DNA of 64,000 bases from Lingula anatina (Eukaryota; Animalia; Brachiopoda). Positions 36,117-50,300 of the stretch are shown here, one piece after another (within the stretch, counting starts at the first letter, position 1; each line of letters opens with the position of its first letter). The stretch is from contig CM120649.1 of assembly GCA_051362555.1 (NCBI GenBank), forward strand, positions 3,162,001 through 3,226,000. Reading direction: 5' to 3'. Below the pieces are notes generated by a model that had not been told where the DNA came from, searched no databases, and worked only from the letters and a program-made list of their open reading frames with translations. A program made the position numbers and the translations under genes.

Positions 36117-37570
36117 TCATAGAATAACACACGCTTTATTTTTGCCCTTTGCAAATGGGTTTTCTTTTTGGTCGGCAAACCCTGTGATCAGAATGTCGCG
36201 TGTTTGGTGCTGGAGACAATGCGCCTTCAATTCCTCAATACATCTAGAAACTGGCAGCCTCCCTAGACTCGCCTCCAGGCGGAGCTGCTGTACAATGGCC
36301 TGCTGCTGCTCCAGCTTTTCTTGCGAGCGCGACATCTGGTAGTGGGGATCCTGGAGACATACAAGGGATAAATCAAACGATGGCGGTTATATAAAATTCA
36401 TAAGCACAATGCGTTTTCTTTGTAGGGATTTCTGGAAGGTTCTATTTTCATACATAATGAAAGAAATTGTTCCGTTTTAGCGCACTGGCAGTATCAGGTA
36501 ACTGTGCAGAACCGCTGAATATTCAATTCAGCATACATAACATAAAACGTGATTTCCATAGGCCTTTCAGATTATATTTATAATCTGCTGTATGTCTGTA
36601 AAGACAAAGGATTTTACACATAGGGCTTAGAAAACCAGAACGTTTCAGCGAAGAAATCAATAGTAGACGCTTGTAGCGGGACATAAACATGGCTCATGAC
36701 GATAATTTCTATAATCAATTCATAAACTGCGCTTTGACAGATCAGACAGTGTATGAAAGCGTCTGTTCATTAAAAAGGTCTACACTGATTTATAGTCATA
36801 TAAAGACAACCAAGTTACATGAATAGTCACCATGTTTCAGATATGATAGTGACTATTAATGCACTTGGGATGTTATTAGGGAGTGGACCTTAACTTTTCG
36901 CAACTCCTCCCTAATGACGTTTTTCTACCCCCCCCCCCACCACTCCGAATGAAAATTTTTAGTCAATATTGCTGCATATTAAATTAAATAAAGGCCTCAG
37001 AACATTTTACTGATACGGAAATGTTTTTGAAGGGGGTATGGGGTATGGGGGGTGGGGGTCGAGTGGGGTTTGTGGTGTAGTACAGGGGGTTTGTGGACCC
37101 TTCCCCCCTCCATTCGACAAGCATCACTACATTTAAATCATGTCCCAATTTTTTCTTGTATGTAGAGAATCATCTTCCAGAAGGCTCCACTTTTTCTTTT
37201 CATCTGGAAGAAGCCCATGTCGCGGAGGGTGTGGGTTGGGGTGGGGTGCAGGGGCGGATCCAGGATTATTGGAAGAGGTGGGTCCAGTATTTTTCTTAAG
37301 AATACCGGGCCTCGGATGCATTGCCAACCCTTGGTGTGTGGTTCGGTGTTTTGGAGAACAAACTGTGCCATTTGGTGCAGTTTAGAACTACATGATTCAG
37401 CTCTTCAAAATTCTAATATCAAAAGGGGAATACTGGTGTGATTATTCTTCCGGACACCGAATGGGGGGTGGGGGGTCAGGACCCCCCTGACAGCCCCTTA
37501 AATCCGGCCCTGGGGTGGGGGAGAGGGGGGGAGCACTCACCGCTGCCAAGTGTTGCCCTCGTCGGCTCAT
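36117..37570 (-). CDS. Heterotrimeric G-protein gamma subunit (GGL domain, CAAX = CVIL); exons 37570-37541 and 36350-36117, 87 aa, or 72 aa from the internal ATG at 36335
   Basis: VQQLRLEA..RLPVSRCIEELKAHC..DILITG..ENPF..CVIL. Exon 37640-37541 has a strong acceptor (atcatttcag) and a GTGAGT donor and adds MSRRGQHLAA-DPHYQ in frame. Confidence 0.9.
37249..37512. mobile_element. MITE with CAGGG-CGGAT-type termini and 5-bp GGGTG TSD, in a G-gamma intron
   Basis: gggtg|CAGGGGCGGATCCAG...TTAAATCCGGCCCTG|gggtg. Confidence 0.7.
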
Positions 37571-37774
37571 AACCCCAGTCTATCTTCTATCCCTTGTGCA
37601 CGCCTTGGCCTCCTGTTACCCTAGACTAATTGATGCTTGTCTGAAATGATATAATGGAATGAAAATAAATGGGGTACATTTAAAGCACTTGTTTGCACGG
37701 AATACATGGTGTTTTAACGTTAGGTGATACATCACTGACACAGCTTATAGTGCATTCCGTTTAAGTTGTTACTG

Positions 37775-37835
<61 letters not shown>

Positions 37836-39249
37836 TCACACACACACACGTGTACAAGTTGCAATATACTTATACCTTATGCGTCAATAGCCAAAACGCA
37901 CACATACCAGTACATACAGTATGTTCACCTCCTTTGCTTTTAGTCCTCTCAACGAATCTCCAACCCATTCGCATCTCCCGCACCTTTTTTTTTATCCCTG
38001 ATGTATAATTGATCACAGAACCGCCATTATTTTTATACAGCTCAGCTGTATGCTTATGGCAACAATTGCATGTTTTCTCTAGCCTATTAACAGATCACTA
38101 AAAACACTCGGGTTTGTTGTGACATTTCGCCTTATATATTTTTGAAATGTTATTCCATAAAGGTCACGTAACCGCTTGGAAATAATAGCAATATAATGTC
38201 GTACAATACTGTATGTTGTCAGTTTGAGTGCATTCAGAAAAGATGATTCACTAACAGATCCGCCTCTAAAAAGCAAGCCGTCCTAATCCCCTGTTGGTCT
38301 TTTGGTAGCCGAACCTAAGAACTAGTTCCATGTATACGTAGGCATATAATAAGCATGGCATCGGTGTCACGATCTCAGATGGCAGTCGTGTTCATGTCGT
38401 CATTAGCAAATTAGACTGTGGTTTAAAGTTAATCTTATGGTTTGTTTTCGACACGTCATGAGTTTGAGTGTAAAATGTGGTGATTATAAATCAATTCAAA
38501 ATAATATTGATTAAGGTAAATATCGACTTAAGTTTTGGGTAGAAAAAGTATTTTTCTGGCCCAATCGTCCAGCAACCGTTTCATTTGTTCCCTCCCTTAA
38601 AGGCATGCGTCTTCTACGTTTAAGTCCTTGTCGTGTCAAGTAAAAGAAAAAGGACAACGCAATTTAATTATGAAATGTACTTTTCTTCCCTCAAAGCAGT
38701 GCTTATTTTATAGGCCTTCAGTAAACACTCGGAAAAAAGTGGCCGCGGAGTACTCGGGTCGCACCACATGCAGTTAATAGCTCCATTTTAGAATGTCATC
38801 AGTAAAGAACTGAGAAAGGTACATTAAATTTTATTATCTACCAATTATTCTAAAACACTAAATAGCCAAATAAATTGCGTTGAATTTACAGAACCATTTA
38901 GACATAGAACAATAGTCATATTTCAAGTAGAGTTACAAATGTACGTTATACATGTTTTATTTGATGACCCGAGTTTGTCATTGTAGAGCGATACAAGAAA
39001 AAGGCTTTATAGGCCTTCAGTAAACGGCGCACAGTTTTATATTGCATTTTTTCATTTTCCTGAAAATGTCAACGCTTTTTTCTTTCCATATCCTTTTCAT
39101 AATTTTATATTCTCCTTATGGAGATACAGACATGTGAATATCACTCTTGACTGTAAAATTGAATATTCTGTAGTCAACACAGGATTACTGGATACGATAT
39201 ACCTTTGTGAAAATGATAAATTAAATATCACGTGCACTGTATCTCCTTT

Positions 39250-39410
39250 ACTAACTAGCTAACTAACTAACTGACTAACTAACCAACTAACTAACTAACC
39301 AACTAACTAACCAACTAACTAACCAACTAACTAACTAACCAACTAACTAACCAACTAACTAACCAACTAACTAACTAACCAACTAACCAACTAACTAACC
39401 AACTAACTAA
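39250..39410. repeat. Compound (CTAA/CCAA)n microsatellite
   Basis: About 160 bp of CTAA with interspersed CCAA units. Confidence 0.95.
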
Positions 39411-40256
39411 AAGAGGCTTCGAAGGATTCATCAATCGGTTTTCATCCGTTACAATTATAATTGAAATAGTTTAGATAATTATTTACATTAGATTTAACGA
39501 ATAAAATTCATTAAATAAAATTAAGACCGTGATATGGGGTGCTTCGTGTCCCTCTGCCGGCCAGCCGTTGACAGTTTTGACGAAGAAGATACTTTCACGT
39601 GCCGTTGATGTCTACGAAGGACAATAGTGTTGAACGTGAAAGGTCTAAAATCCGAAATAACCACAACAAATATACATGTAGCAGCTGGCAAGACACATGT
39701 TTGACGTCCATGTTATTCTTAGCACAGTGACGCATCCAAAAGTTCAGCAAAAATGTTTCACGTGGCTGTATGCATTTACCCTGGGTTCTAGATTTCGGTA
39801 TTGCCAGCTCGATCTTCATTTTATATATAACCCACATCAGGCCTACTGTAAAGGTTACACATGGAAAGGTATAGTGAGCAAGCTAACTTCATAGTGCCCT
39901 GACACTCAGGGTACATGCGTTAAGCAGATGAATAAAAGTCAAGCCAAGGGACAAGAGGCCCTGCCCCAGTACGTCTGCTTAAATACATGTATTAAGTAAA
40001 CGTTCAGACAGCATAGGAAGAAATCATGTTGAGTTTGTCTTATTTGTTTCTAAGACAAGATAATACTAGAAGATGCATTTTAACGTTTTCAATTTTACAC
40101 AAGTAGACCCGACAGAAGAAATAGGTTTGCGCATAGTTTTGCATGAAATTTGAAAGTATAAAACAGCAGACATATGTCTATGTAAAGCCTCTCTCGCTCA
40201 AATATGAAAAGGACATTTTTATATTCGGTTTTTATATAGTCAAACGCCTTTGCCTT

Positions 40257-40394
40257 TGCACGCGTGCGTTTGTCAGAATATTGCATGCAGGTGCACGTGT
40301 GCGTTTGTCAGCATATATTGCATGCAGGTGCACGTGTGCGTATGTCAAAACGTTGCATGCAGGTGCACGTGCGCGTTTGTCAGCATATTGCATA
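40257..40394. repeat. ~35-bp minisatellite, about 4 copies
   Basis: Unit TGCACGTGTGCGTTTGTCAGCATATTGCATGCAGG repeated with small variants. Confidence 0.9.
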
Positions 40395-40661
40395 CAGACT
40401 TATTACGCAGGCAAGCTGCTGTCATTAATCATTCTTTTTCAGAGTAGTGCAGATGAAATGTTACCCGCATCCTATAAAATTTTGAATCCTTAACGCAGGC
40501 CATCATCAGGGAATGATACATTGAAGTCGCACTCATGTCAGGAATAAATAAAGGCTGAATTCAGGCTTTGCCTAATGAAAGGTACGAGAGAGAGAGAGAG
40601 AGAAAGAGAGAGAGTTGATGTCAATGGCAATCAGATTTGTTTGACTTTATAGGAGTATCTA

Positions 40662-42043
40662 CTTAGGATTAAAAGTGATCTTTTATGTGGAGTGGATAAA
40701 CATTCAGTGGTTCTTTTAGTCCTGTTGGACCTATCGGCAGCTTTTGACACTGTTAATCATGGACTACTTTTATCTTTTCTTGAAGATTTTATTGGTATTA
40801 AGGACTCTGCTCTTAGTCTTTTACGTTCTTATTTTACAGGCCGGTCACAGCAGGTTATGATAAAAGGCATATTATCAAATGTTTCAGAAATAGCTTTTGG
40901 TGTGCCACAAGGCAGTGTTCTAGGACCTCTTGTTTTTTGCATGTATACCTTACCAATTGGGGCCATACTAAGACATCATAACATTGGCTATCATATTTAT
41001 GCTGATGACACACAGATTTTTACTTGTTGCAATCTAGAAAATCCAAAAGAATCTATTGATATATTGTCTAAATGTATTGACGATCTTCGCAGGTGGCTGA
41101 TTAGTAATAAGTTGAAAATTAACGATGGAATGTCTGAACTTTTGGTAATAAGTCAGCCACATAATCGTATGATAGCACAACAAATTCAGCTCAAAATTGG
41201 ATCAAGCATTATTAAGCCAACAACCTATGCAAAAAATCTTGGTGTATTTTAGATGGATCGCTTTGTATGAACAAACATATTGCCAGTGTATGCAGGTCAG
41301 CGGTTTTTAACATTAGGAACATAAGTGCAATTCGCAATCAGTTGTCTGACTCTGCTGCAGCCACAGTCATAAATTGTTTAGTTACATCTCGATTAGATTA
41401 CTGCAACTCCATTTTATACGGTTGTCCAAAGAAACAAATTGCCAGACTGCAGCGCATTCAAAATATTTCGGCCAGATTATTAACTCGGACATCCACAAGC
41501 ATACACATCTCCCCAGTTTTAAAAAGTTTACACTGGCTACCTCTACAAGCCAGAATTTTATTCAAATTTTTAGTTTTTACTCACGATGCTTTTTATGGAT
41601 TGGCACCAATCTACATCAATGAATTAGTTAGTCACTATGTTCCAATGCGAAATCTGCGGTCTGTAGACCAATTGCTACTCAACCCAGTAAAAATGCGATT
41701 AAAAACCTACGGTGATATATCTTTTAAAGCTGCAGGTTCAAAGGAATGGAATCTATTTCCGCTGGAAATCCGAGCAATTCAGTCTACCAAACATTTTAAA
41801 AAAGAACTCAAAACATACCTTTTTAGGAAATATTTTGATTAACTCTTAATTGGTTTTATAAATCTTGTATTAATTGCATTTAATTGTATGGAATAATGGC
41901 TGTTTTACCTAGATTTTATTTTTGATATTTTATGTAGTATTATTTATGATATTTTATGTAAAGTCTACTGAACATTTTAAATGGATTTTAGACTTAAAAT
42001 AAATTTATTATTATTATTATTATTAAAATAAATTTATTATTAT
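40662..42043 (+). mobile_element. 5'-truncated L2/CR1-group LINE; RT split by a single 1-bp deletion (ORFs 40692-41252 and 41267-41842)
   Basis: DLSAAFDTV, VPQGSVLGP, YADDTQ, SRLDYCNS, LHWLP motifs. One extra T near 41250 restores GVFLDGSLCMNKHI. 3' AAGTCTA..TAGACTT stem and (TTA)n tail. TATCTA at both ends (40656-40661, 42044-42049). Confidence 0.92.
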
Positions 42044-43767
42044 TATCTATTCTGAAAGGCACTTTGCATACTTAGTTCATAAACGTTGATGGTTTTTTGA
42101 TTTGTGAACCTATTCTTGTTTTCCTATTCTACAAGTAATTTATTGCTGGTTTTCCAGTCTGTGAATGTGTCATTACGCCACTTCGTCTCTGCTTTTGACG
42201 GCTACATAATGCATAAAGGATTGGCCAGAGGAACTTTCGGTGCACTTGTGCGGTAACCGCCACCATCGTCCCATCGATCGCACTCAAATATGAAGCTCTC
42301 AAAATGGGCCTGCGTACAATCATTGTCAAATGAGAAAATAAAGGAAAGGATAAAAATGATATTGACAGAATTTGAAAAGTTAAACAAAAGCAGTTAAGGG
42401 AATGAGAAAGAGGTGACTGTAAAGGTCCCTGCGTTAAGACGGTAACTGCGCATGCGTGGCCGGAATGTTACCCAGGTGGTCGTTGTGCATTTTGTATAAC
42501 AGCGCACTTGTTGAAGGCCTTCTTCATTCTGTGCTTAGAAACTCCCTGTCATCATTACTTAATTCTGCTTTGAGATGGAGACACGGCTTTCTCCTGCAAA
42601 TGGGGGGGGGGGGGGGGGGTTCTAAATCTTCATACAAATTGTATTTAGGCTACTTGTTTATTATTGTCATTTTTCCTTGATGACGAATGACTTCCAATTC
42701 TCCGATACATGTATAAAAGTTTCTGGTACAGACCCCGTTTTCATTTCCGTCTTACAAATAGGAATTTTCCCCTCCTTTCAACTTTGAAAGAAACTGCTTT
42801 AGTCCATGCAGTGTACAAAATATTTTGTTTTACAGTTTGGACTAAGCTATTGTCAAATCCGCATTTATAATAGAAGTTGTCAGTTCCACTGGTATTGCAA
42901 TTAAGTCGTAGCCGCTTTGTAGTCCTTCGCAGTTAATTACCTCGCGTATATATAATTTATCTTTAAATCAAATTACAAATACATATCTATGTGCCATTAG
43001 CCAATTTTGGTAGAAGGATAAAAGCAGCCAACGCGGTTCTGATGACCTTGACCTGGGAGCTAGATCGAGGTTATGAATTTCAGTACTTCGTCTGCAGTAT
43101 GTAACATTACAGACACAACAAGATATAGACATAGTACAAAGATACATCAATATTGCAAAAACGGTGTATGTTTATACTTGCAACAGTACACACACTGAAG
43201 TTTAAGGCGTAGTTTTAGCATCCCCCAGCTAACTGAGAGCAGTGCAAAAATGTTTCCAGATATCTTCCAACATGTACGAATCTATGGAATAAAAACAAGA
43301 TTTATTAATATCCATGTGTGGACCAAGGGCGCATAAGTACATGAAGTACTTATCAATTTGAGTGTGGCGTACAAGGTTTGTGCCAAGCAAAAATGCCAAG
43401 CGAAACGACAAGAAACATTTTCAACAGCATTGACCCCCCTCACAGCCCCCTTCTAGACCCCCTCCCACACGTTCTATGTCCCCCGTCGTCTCTCACAAAA
43501 ATCATTTTTGTCCCGCCAGCGGTATCAGTCGGTGTATCCAATCCTACATCGTGATCACCATCGAATATCTCCAGCTATCTACTGAAATGCCAAACCGATG
43601 CCATGAATATCGTTTGTTTTCAGAACGTCGGGCGCTATTTCTCCTACGACACTTAAAAAGCTGCGGAAGAGCCTCTATGCAGACACTCCGCTTGTACACG
43701 TGCACTCTCACCCAATCTGGGACTGTTTCTCTGACCTAACAACGTTTATCTATATCGAAAAACTTAC

Positions 43768-43830
43768 CTGTCTACAATATTAGCGTCTCTCTCAGTGAAT
43801 TCTGCAGATTAAACATATACAGCCAATGCT
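43768..43830 (-). other. Candidate non-coding first exon of the G-gamma gene
   Basis: Minus-strand consensus donor CAG|GTAAGT at 43768/43767 upstream of the G-gamma exon 2 acceptor. The 5' boundary is uncertain. Confidence 0.4.
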
Positions 43831-45219
43831 ACCAGCATGTGACGGCGCGTAGCCACATACAGTATAGTGGTTCAATTCACTTGATATGGGCCTCCGTTCA
43901 ACCAACGCCAAGCTAAGGGCGCTCTGGTGGTGATGATACTTTTAAAGTGTCATCTGTGACTGCATAACTTAATTGCATTATGTGCTGTCAAACCCTCATG
44001 TAAACAAGAATATCAATTTTACTGGGAATGTTAACATTTTTCCTTAATTCAAAAAGGTTTAACCTCTCCGAAACTGTTGGAAAAATGATAATGTATACAC
44101 CGTCAGCTTGTTTTCGAGCTTTAATTTATTATTTTCACCGTTTTAATCTCCATAATGAGGGAGGCATCAGAATAATAACTTAGATCTCAGAATCTGGATT
44201 GTAGATAGTAATTCTGTTAATGGCTTTGGGTATGGTGTATAATGATGATAAAAGAAGTGTCGAAACTTTATTTGAAGTTTTGATATCATAATATTATGGT
44301 CTATTGCATATAATGTGCCTTAAAGACTGCTTATTCAAGTCCCGCTTAATTGTTTGCGGCAAGGAATAATTTATAAGTCAAGAGTAACGTTCTTTGTTTT
44401 GCTCATCTGAACTAGAAAACGTTGCTGCCATTTAAATATTTACATTCTGATCGCAGTTAAAGCTTCAAGCACGTCGTTTATTATTTCAAGCACTGGCTCT
44501 AATTAACCATTGATTTTGATGATAATTTTCTCAAAATACTTATGATAATTTACTTGGAAAATGGCAACCTATACTGTATATAGGTTGATGGTTAACATGA
44601 TTGTGAAAGAAATGTACTGCGGGTACATGTATTAACGTAAGGAACACAATAGATGGGCATGTTAATCATTCGTGCGGTATCTTAAGAACAAATAAGTCTT
44701 TATAGTTATTGTATAATTTAATTAACAACCAAATGAAAAGAGAAATAACTGAATAAATAAATAAAATGAATGAATGAATAAATAAAATGAATGATATTTT
44801 CTACATTTTATTAAGAAAATACATATATGTACACAGAATATTAGCGAACCGGAAGCGTTTTTTCTTCCAACATTGAGCGTGCGTGCTCTTTTACAATTCT
44901 AGCTAATTGGAAACCGCCAGTAAGAGATTTAAATTCTTCAAGTTGAGGAAAATCATGTAAGGCACAGATGATTTGAGACGAATTTTGCGAAGATCTGCAA
45001 AGTTGGTGGCTTTTGTTTTATATACCGGGCATAATAGTAATACTCGAGTTGCCCTTGGCAGTCATCCGGGCGGTTACATCAGAAATGGGAGGTGAAAAGG
45101 TACAACCTACAAATATGTGAGCTGAATGTTTAATTACACTCAGTAAAATTGTTCCACAAATATTTACACTCGTTAAGAATTTAAGAGTCACATTACCTGC
45201 ACAATACCTTCCTACAAAA

Positions 45220-45278
<59 letters not shown>

Positions 45279-47354
45279 AGTGTAAATAAGCATAAATAAA
45301 GAGTGTGTAAGGTTTTTACTATCACGACGACGCAGATGAGTATAAACCTCATTCGCCATAATTGAGTGAAATGAAAATGCACCAAAATATTGAATGTCGA
45401 CCATTTTCTATTCAACAATTCACAACCTTACTTTTTGGTGTTTGCAATATTAAAATGAGAGGAAACTGAAATTGAGATACCACTTTTTGTCGTAAAAATG
45501 TGTTAGGTGTGATTAAAAAGAAGCGCACTGGCTCAACTGTCGCAATCCTAGAGAATAGTTTCTTGGTGGAGCAATATTGCCTTTTACGAAGTAATAATGC
45601 TTACCATCCTTGAAATCTTGAAACGAGGCTGGCGAAAGTGAGTAACGTCATACAATGTGCGAGACAAGAAAAAAATTCGCGAATTTGCATGAAGAGGTGT
45701 TAACTTTTTAGCGATAATTTTTAAGTGCGGTCATTCAAGAGACTTCAAACTTTCCAGGGCGGTTCGCGCTGATACGGACCAAACCTGCAGAAATAAATCT
45801 TATACTTTTCTAATCCCCGGTGAATGTTCACTAAAATTATCAGAATAAATAAGAGTTAGAGTATCATTTTTTATTTATTTTAAGGCACATTACGTTATCT
45901 GAATCCCTTCTTTGGTTCCGATGTCAGCCGTCTCATTGTTGAATATAATATATCGAAAACAGCATCTCTTCATGTATTCTGATCTCGGCGACGGCAGTTC
46001 GAAAGGAAACCTATTATACGTATACTCACGTCTTTATTACATTTGCGGGACCTAGGTACAAATAAAAAGTATTCATGTGAGATATTTACCCACCAGATAG
46101 ACCAATATTTACACCCACCAGGTACGTGATTCTTTAAAGGATTTTTTTCCTAATCCATACATTCTTCAAGGTGATAGTCTTATTTAATAGTCATGTCATG
46201 CGATGTTTTCTAAGCCGCGCGTAAGTGTAAACAGAAAACATTCAATATTTTTTCTACCCTGGTATAAGGACTTGAACAATCATGTAACCAAAGTACACCA
46301 CAATAGGAGTTCTTAAAAATCTATTTCCTTACGTACGTAATTAAATAAGGACTCTTATTAATATTCAAACAGCAGTTGCTATACACGATTTACAGATACT
46401 CTTAATCAATAAAATGACAGAGTTGCACGTGTCTTGATGACCTGGACCATATTAAAAATAATCTTTTTGTTCATTTAAAGATATGAATCTTGCCCTCTTT
46501 TGTGTTATTGCTTACTTTACGTGACGTCAACGGACCGATCACTCATCATTCATTCTGCTACCAAAGCGACGCATGTGCCCCCTTTTTTTACGACAACATG
46601 GTCTTTGTACGACCAGAAAGGACGCCGTCCAGTGTAAAGGGGGCTTTACGTACAGAAGTCGTGAACAAGACCTTGCATCCAGAAATAGTCGCGATGCCTA
46701 TATATCACGCCCATCTATCAACAACCTGTACTGCATTACTAACTTTAAAAAACATGGACTAGATTTGCTTAAATCGATATAAGCCTAGTCGTGATAAATG
46801 TCCAATATTACTAATAACATCAACAGTCCACAATGCCCACAAACTTGTGGCACGATATGAATCATGTGGCACATCTGGTCATATATAACAAGTAATGCAT
46901 CATTGCCTTATGAGGTGTTTTTGTTTTCGTGTCAAATAATTTTCTCTCTCAGTGAAACACTCTGCCTGCAGGTACTGTGCTCCAATTAGCTAAATCACTG
47001 ATGCAGTCCCAGTGGGGGACATAGAAAAAGAAAACATCTTTTTAGAAACCTGATAATGATGAGGTATTTTGGCATTATGAGATTTTATGAATATGCAAAA
47101 CAAAAACAAAAAGCAACACTCTCTGGCCACTATTTTGTGTTTTGTGGACGTACATGTAGGATAGAGGGAAGGGGGGAGCTGATCGGACCTGTGAGACGGA
47201 GACTCTTATAACACATAACACATGAAGCCTTACTTTCTGCTGAAGGTGCCCTGTTATTAAGATATACTGAAATATTGCAGTAGTAATAACTCTTCTTTTC
47301 CGCTGTTCTTTGAGAAAGTAATTGTTGTAATCAATAGCACTACAGTGGAGTTAA

Positions 47355-50300
47355 GAGCTTGTCCACGAGAGAACCAGCCCAGGGTGGCAAGGTGGGGGTC
47401 AGCGGATTTCAACCAAATTTGTTGTATGGAGGCATATTAGGAAGTTATTCATGAGTTAGGAAGGAATCCCAAAAATATCCTTTCTTCAGAGAATTATAGC
47501 CTATTATAAGTCATGGCTTATGTAGCCTCTTTGAGACTCCATTTTTACCTTGGAAAAATAATGATATATTTTGTGTAAATTAAACAAAAATGGAGAAAAC
47601 TAAAAAATATTAGACCTTACAATCATTGAAAACAATCATTTGGCTTGCCACAGATATATGTAGAATTCAGATAAGACCCTGCTTGGGCGAGCCACACCCA
47701 TTTATAACACCCCTCCCCCAAAAGTCCAATTTTGATACTACCATCTTTAATTGCATATATCTCCATCTTCACAGGGTTTACAGCTATAAAACTGCATGAA
47801 TATTTTAGGCAGATATGGGTCATTCCAAATCAAGTTTCAAAAGTTACTGCTGTATTAAAACAGGTACTGAAAAATACCTCCAAAGTTGGCCATTTTTAAG
47901 GCAAAAAATCATGGTGGATTCATTCAAGTCTATGTAGACGATAGGTTTGATTAATTTATTAAACCATTTTGCTCTACAATGATGTTACTAAATTAATAGG
48001 GCTGGTGAACATGGAAAGTGGGTGTGTACTAATGAATATCAGGTCAGTAGGTCAAGGTCACTGGGCTTCATATTTGTAAATTGCCATATATGGACTTCTT
48101 AATTTATATGGACAAAAAATTTAGAGGAAATAAATTATAGATTCTGTTACTTTGGATAGGCACTGGCAATTAACTTGAGAGTTTACAAGATAATTTTAAT
48201 ATATATATATATATTTTTAATATCATCAATTTGGTGAATACAAATTAAAATCTTAGTTTAGTAGCGATTTCTTTTTGGTGCAATATTTATCATATAGAGA
48301 TCAGGATATGCCATAGTATTTATGATAGCAAAGCCAGAACAAATCTTTTTCAATTATCAAGAGTTTTTTCTTAATCATCCACACCACTTTTTGGTGACTA
48401 TTTATGAGCATACAGTAACTAAAAAATTATTCAATTTAGTTTATTGTTGTCTCAGATGAATAATTACAAATAATAAAAAAATCACAACATTATAATATAG
48501 CAATACATGCAAAGCAGTGCAACATTAGTTGTGATCATTACAAACTATATCATAATGTAGCAAAACAAGATAATTTTCTATTCAAAAAGCAAAACTAACA
48601 CAACCGCAAAATATATCCTGGTGTTATGAAACATCTTTGCAGTTTTGTATCAAACATTACAGCTCATAACATCAAAGTTTTTAATACATTCAAAAATAAC
48701 TGCCGATTTTTTCTTCCTGAATAGTCTGTAACCCTCCTTACTGACATTTCAATCTCATCTTCATGCTCACAAATGCTAGGTTCTGCTGGCCTGTTTCTTG
48801 TGCCCTTCTAAACTCCTTCAGTAAAAACTCCTTTACTTTATTTAAATATAGTTTCAAAGGTTTAGATGACTTTAAAGCTCATCCATTGTGTAACTCAGTG
48901 AGATATTCAAGAGGGTGGAGTTCTCTCACAGCTGATGTGCTTTAAGTTTTTCTTTAGTCAGATTGTTGGCCCACTAGACTTTAATTTGATCAAAAGCTGT
49001 TTTTTTTGGCACATTTCATAACTGTGGTCTAAAAAAGGACCTTACAAATACTCTTCAGTCTTAGTAGCAAAAGATTTCAGAGAAAACTTCTCTGGACAAG
49101 AAAAAATGTCCCTGTTTGTGATCTTGCTTGGTATAGTCCCAGTTGGCATATTTGCCTCAGAAAAACCCAAATTAACTTTAACATCAGTATCACTCATGTT
49201 AAAACTGCTCAAGGAAGGAAGACACCTTTTCTCATGTTGTAGGAATCAAGAAAGCTAAATTGTTGTAATTGGACACTCCAGTCCACGCAGGTTTGGAAGA
49301 TGTCTGTCTAGCTGGATGTAGAAAATGGCTCCAACTGCAGAAACTAGGGCCTCATGCATCTCCTCAGCATTTGTTATATTGTGGCTTTCATTTACATACA
49401 TGCCTTTTTACAACAGCCATCATTTCCACACTAGTTTCAGTTTCTGCAAGACTTTGGACTCTTTTGCTGACCATAAGATCACTGTGTGTCAAATAACACT
49501 TCTCAAATATGCCTGAAATATAAATATAGCTTACTATAGACACATGAAAACACTTATCTGAAAGTTAATTGATACATTGATGAAAAATAAATTATTATCC
49601 CATTTGTCCATGTTTTATAAGTAAGGCATGGTTTCGAATATTAATTATGATGAGCCTAGCAATTTTGCCAAGACCAGCCCTAGCTTCAATCTAATTCCAA
49701 TTGTTACCCTTAAATTTATTTTACCCAAGTACCATTAAACCTACATAAATACCCACACAAATATAGCTTAAAAGATAAAATTATCACAGGTCCTTAGGCT
49801 GCAATTTCATTATTTGAAAGGGGGCATTTTTCTTTTTAAAAAAATGGAGCGTTTACCATTAAAAAATTACACCTAGATCATTTTTCTGAGTGAATTTTTT
49901 TTCTGGATTTTAGCCTGTATTAAAATACAAACAAACCCGTTTCTTACCTGAACCAAGTGGCATCAGTATATTCAAATGGCTTTTTGTCTACACTGACATC
50001 TGCAAGTTAATCCCATGACATATTTCGTTATAGGCTCGTTTTCCCGTGTGGATGGTTTCCAGCACAAACCAAGCCCATATCCCAGTGCTGGTCACATGGT
50101 GTAACCCATTTATTCTCCCAAAGATACTTGAAAAAGTCCAATTGCTGTCATCGGATACAAAAGAATTCACACCTGACAAGAATCAGTGTGCTTTCGTAAC
50201 TCACGCTGTTTTGCTTCACGTAAACGCGACGAAGATGACTGTTAATATCTCTGTTGCAATTTTTCAATACACTACATGTTTTTTTATATCTGTAGACAGA

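Noticed and set aside
40692-41842. Two separate genes or a programmed frameshift
   Set aside because: A single-T deletion in a 5'-truncated LINE explains the break.
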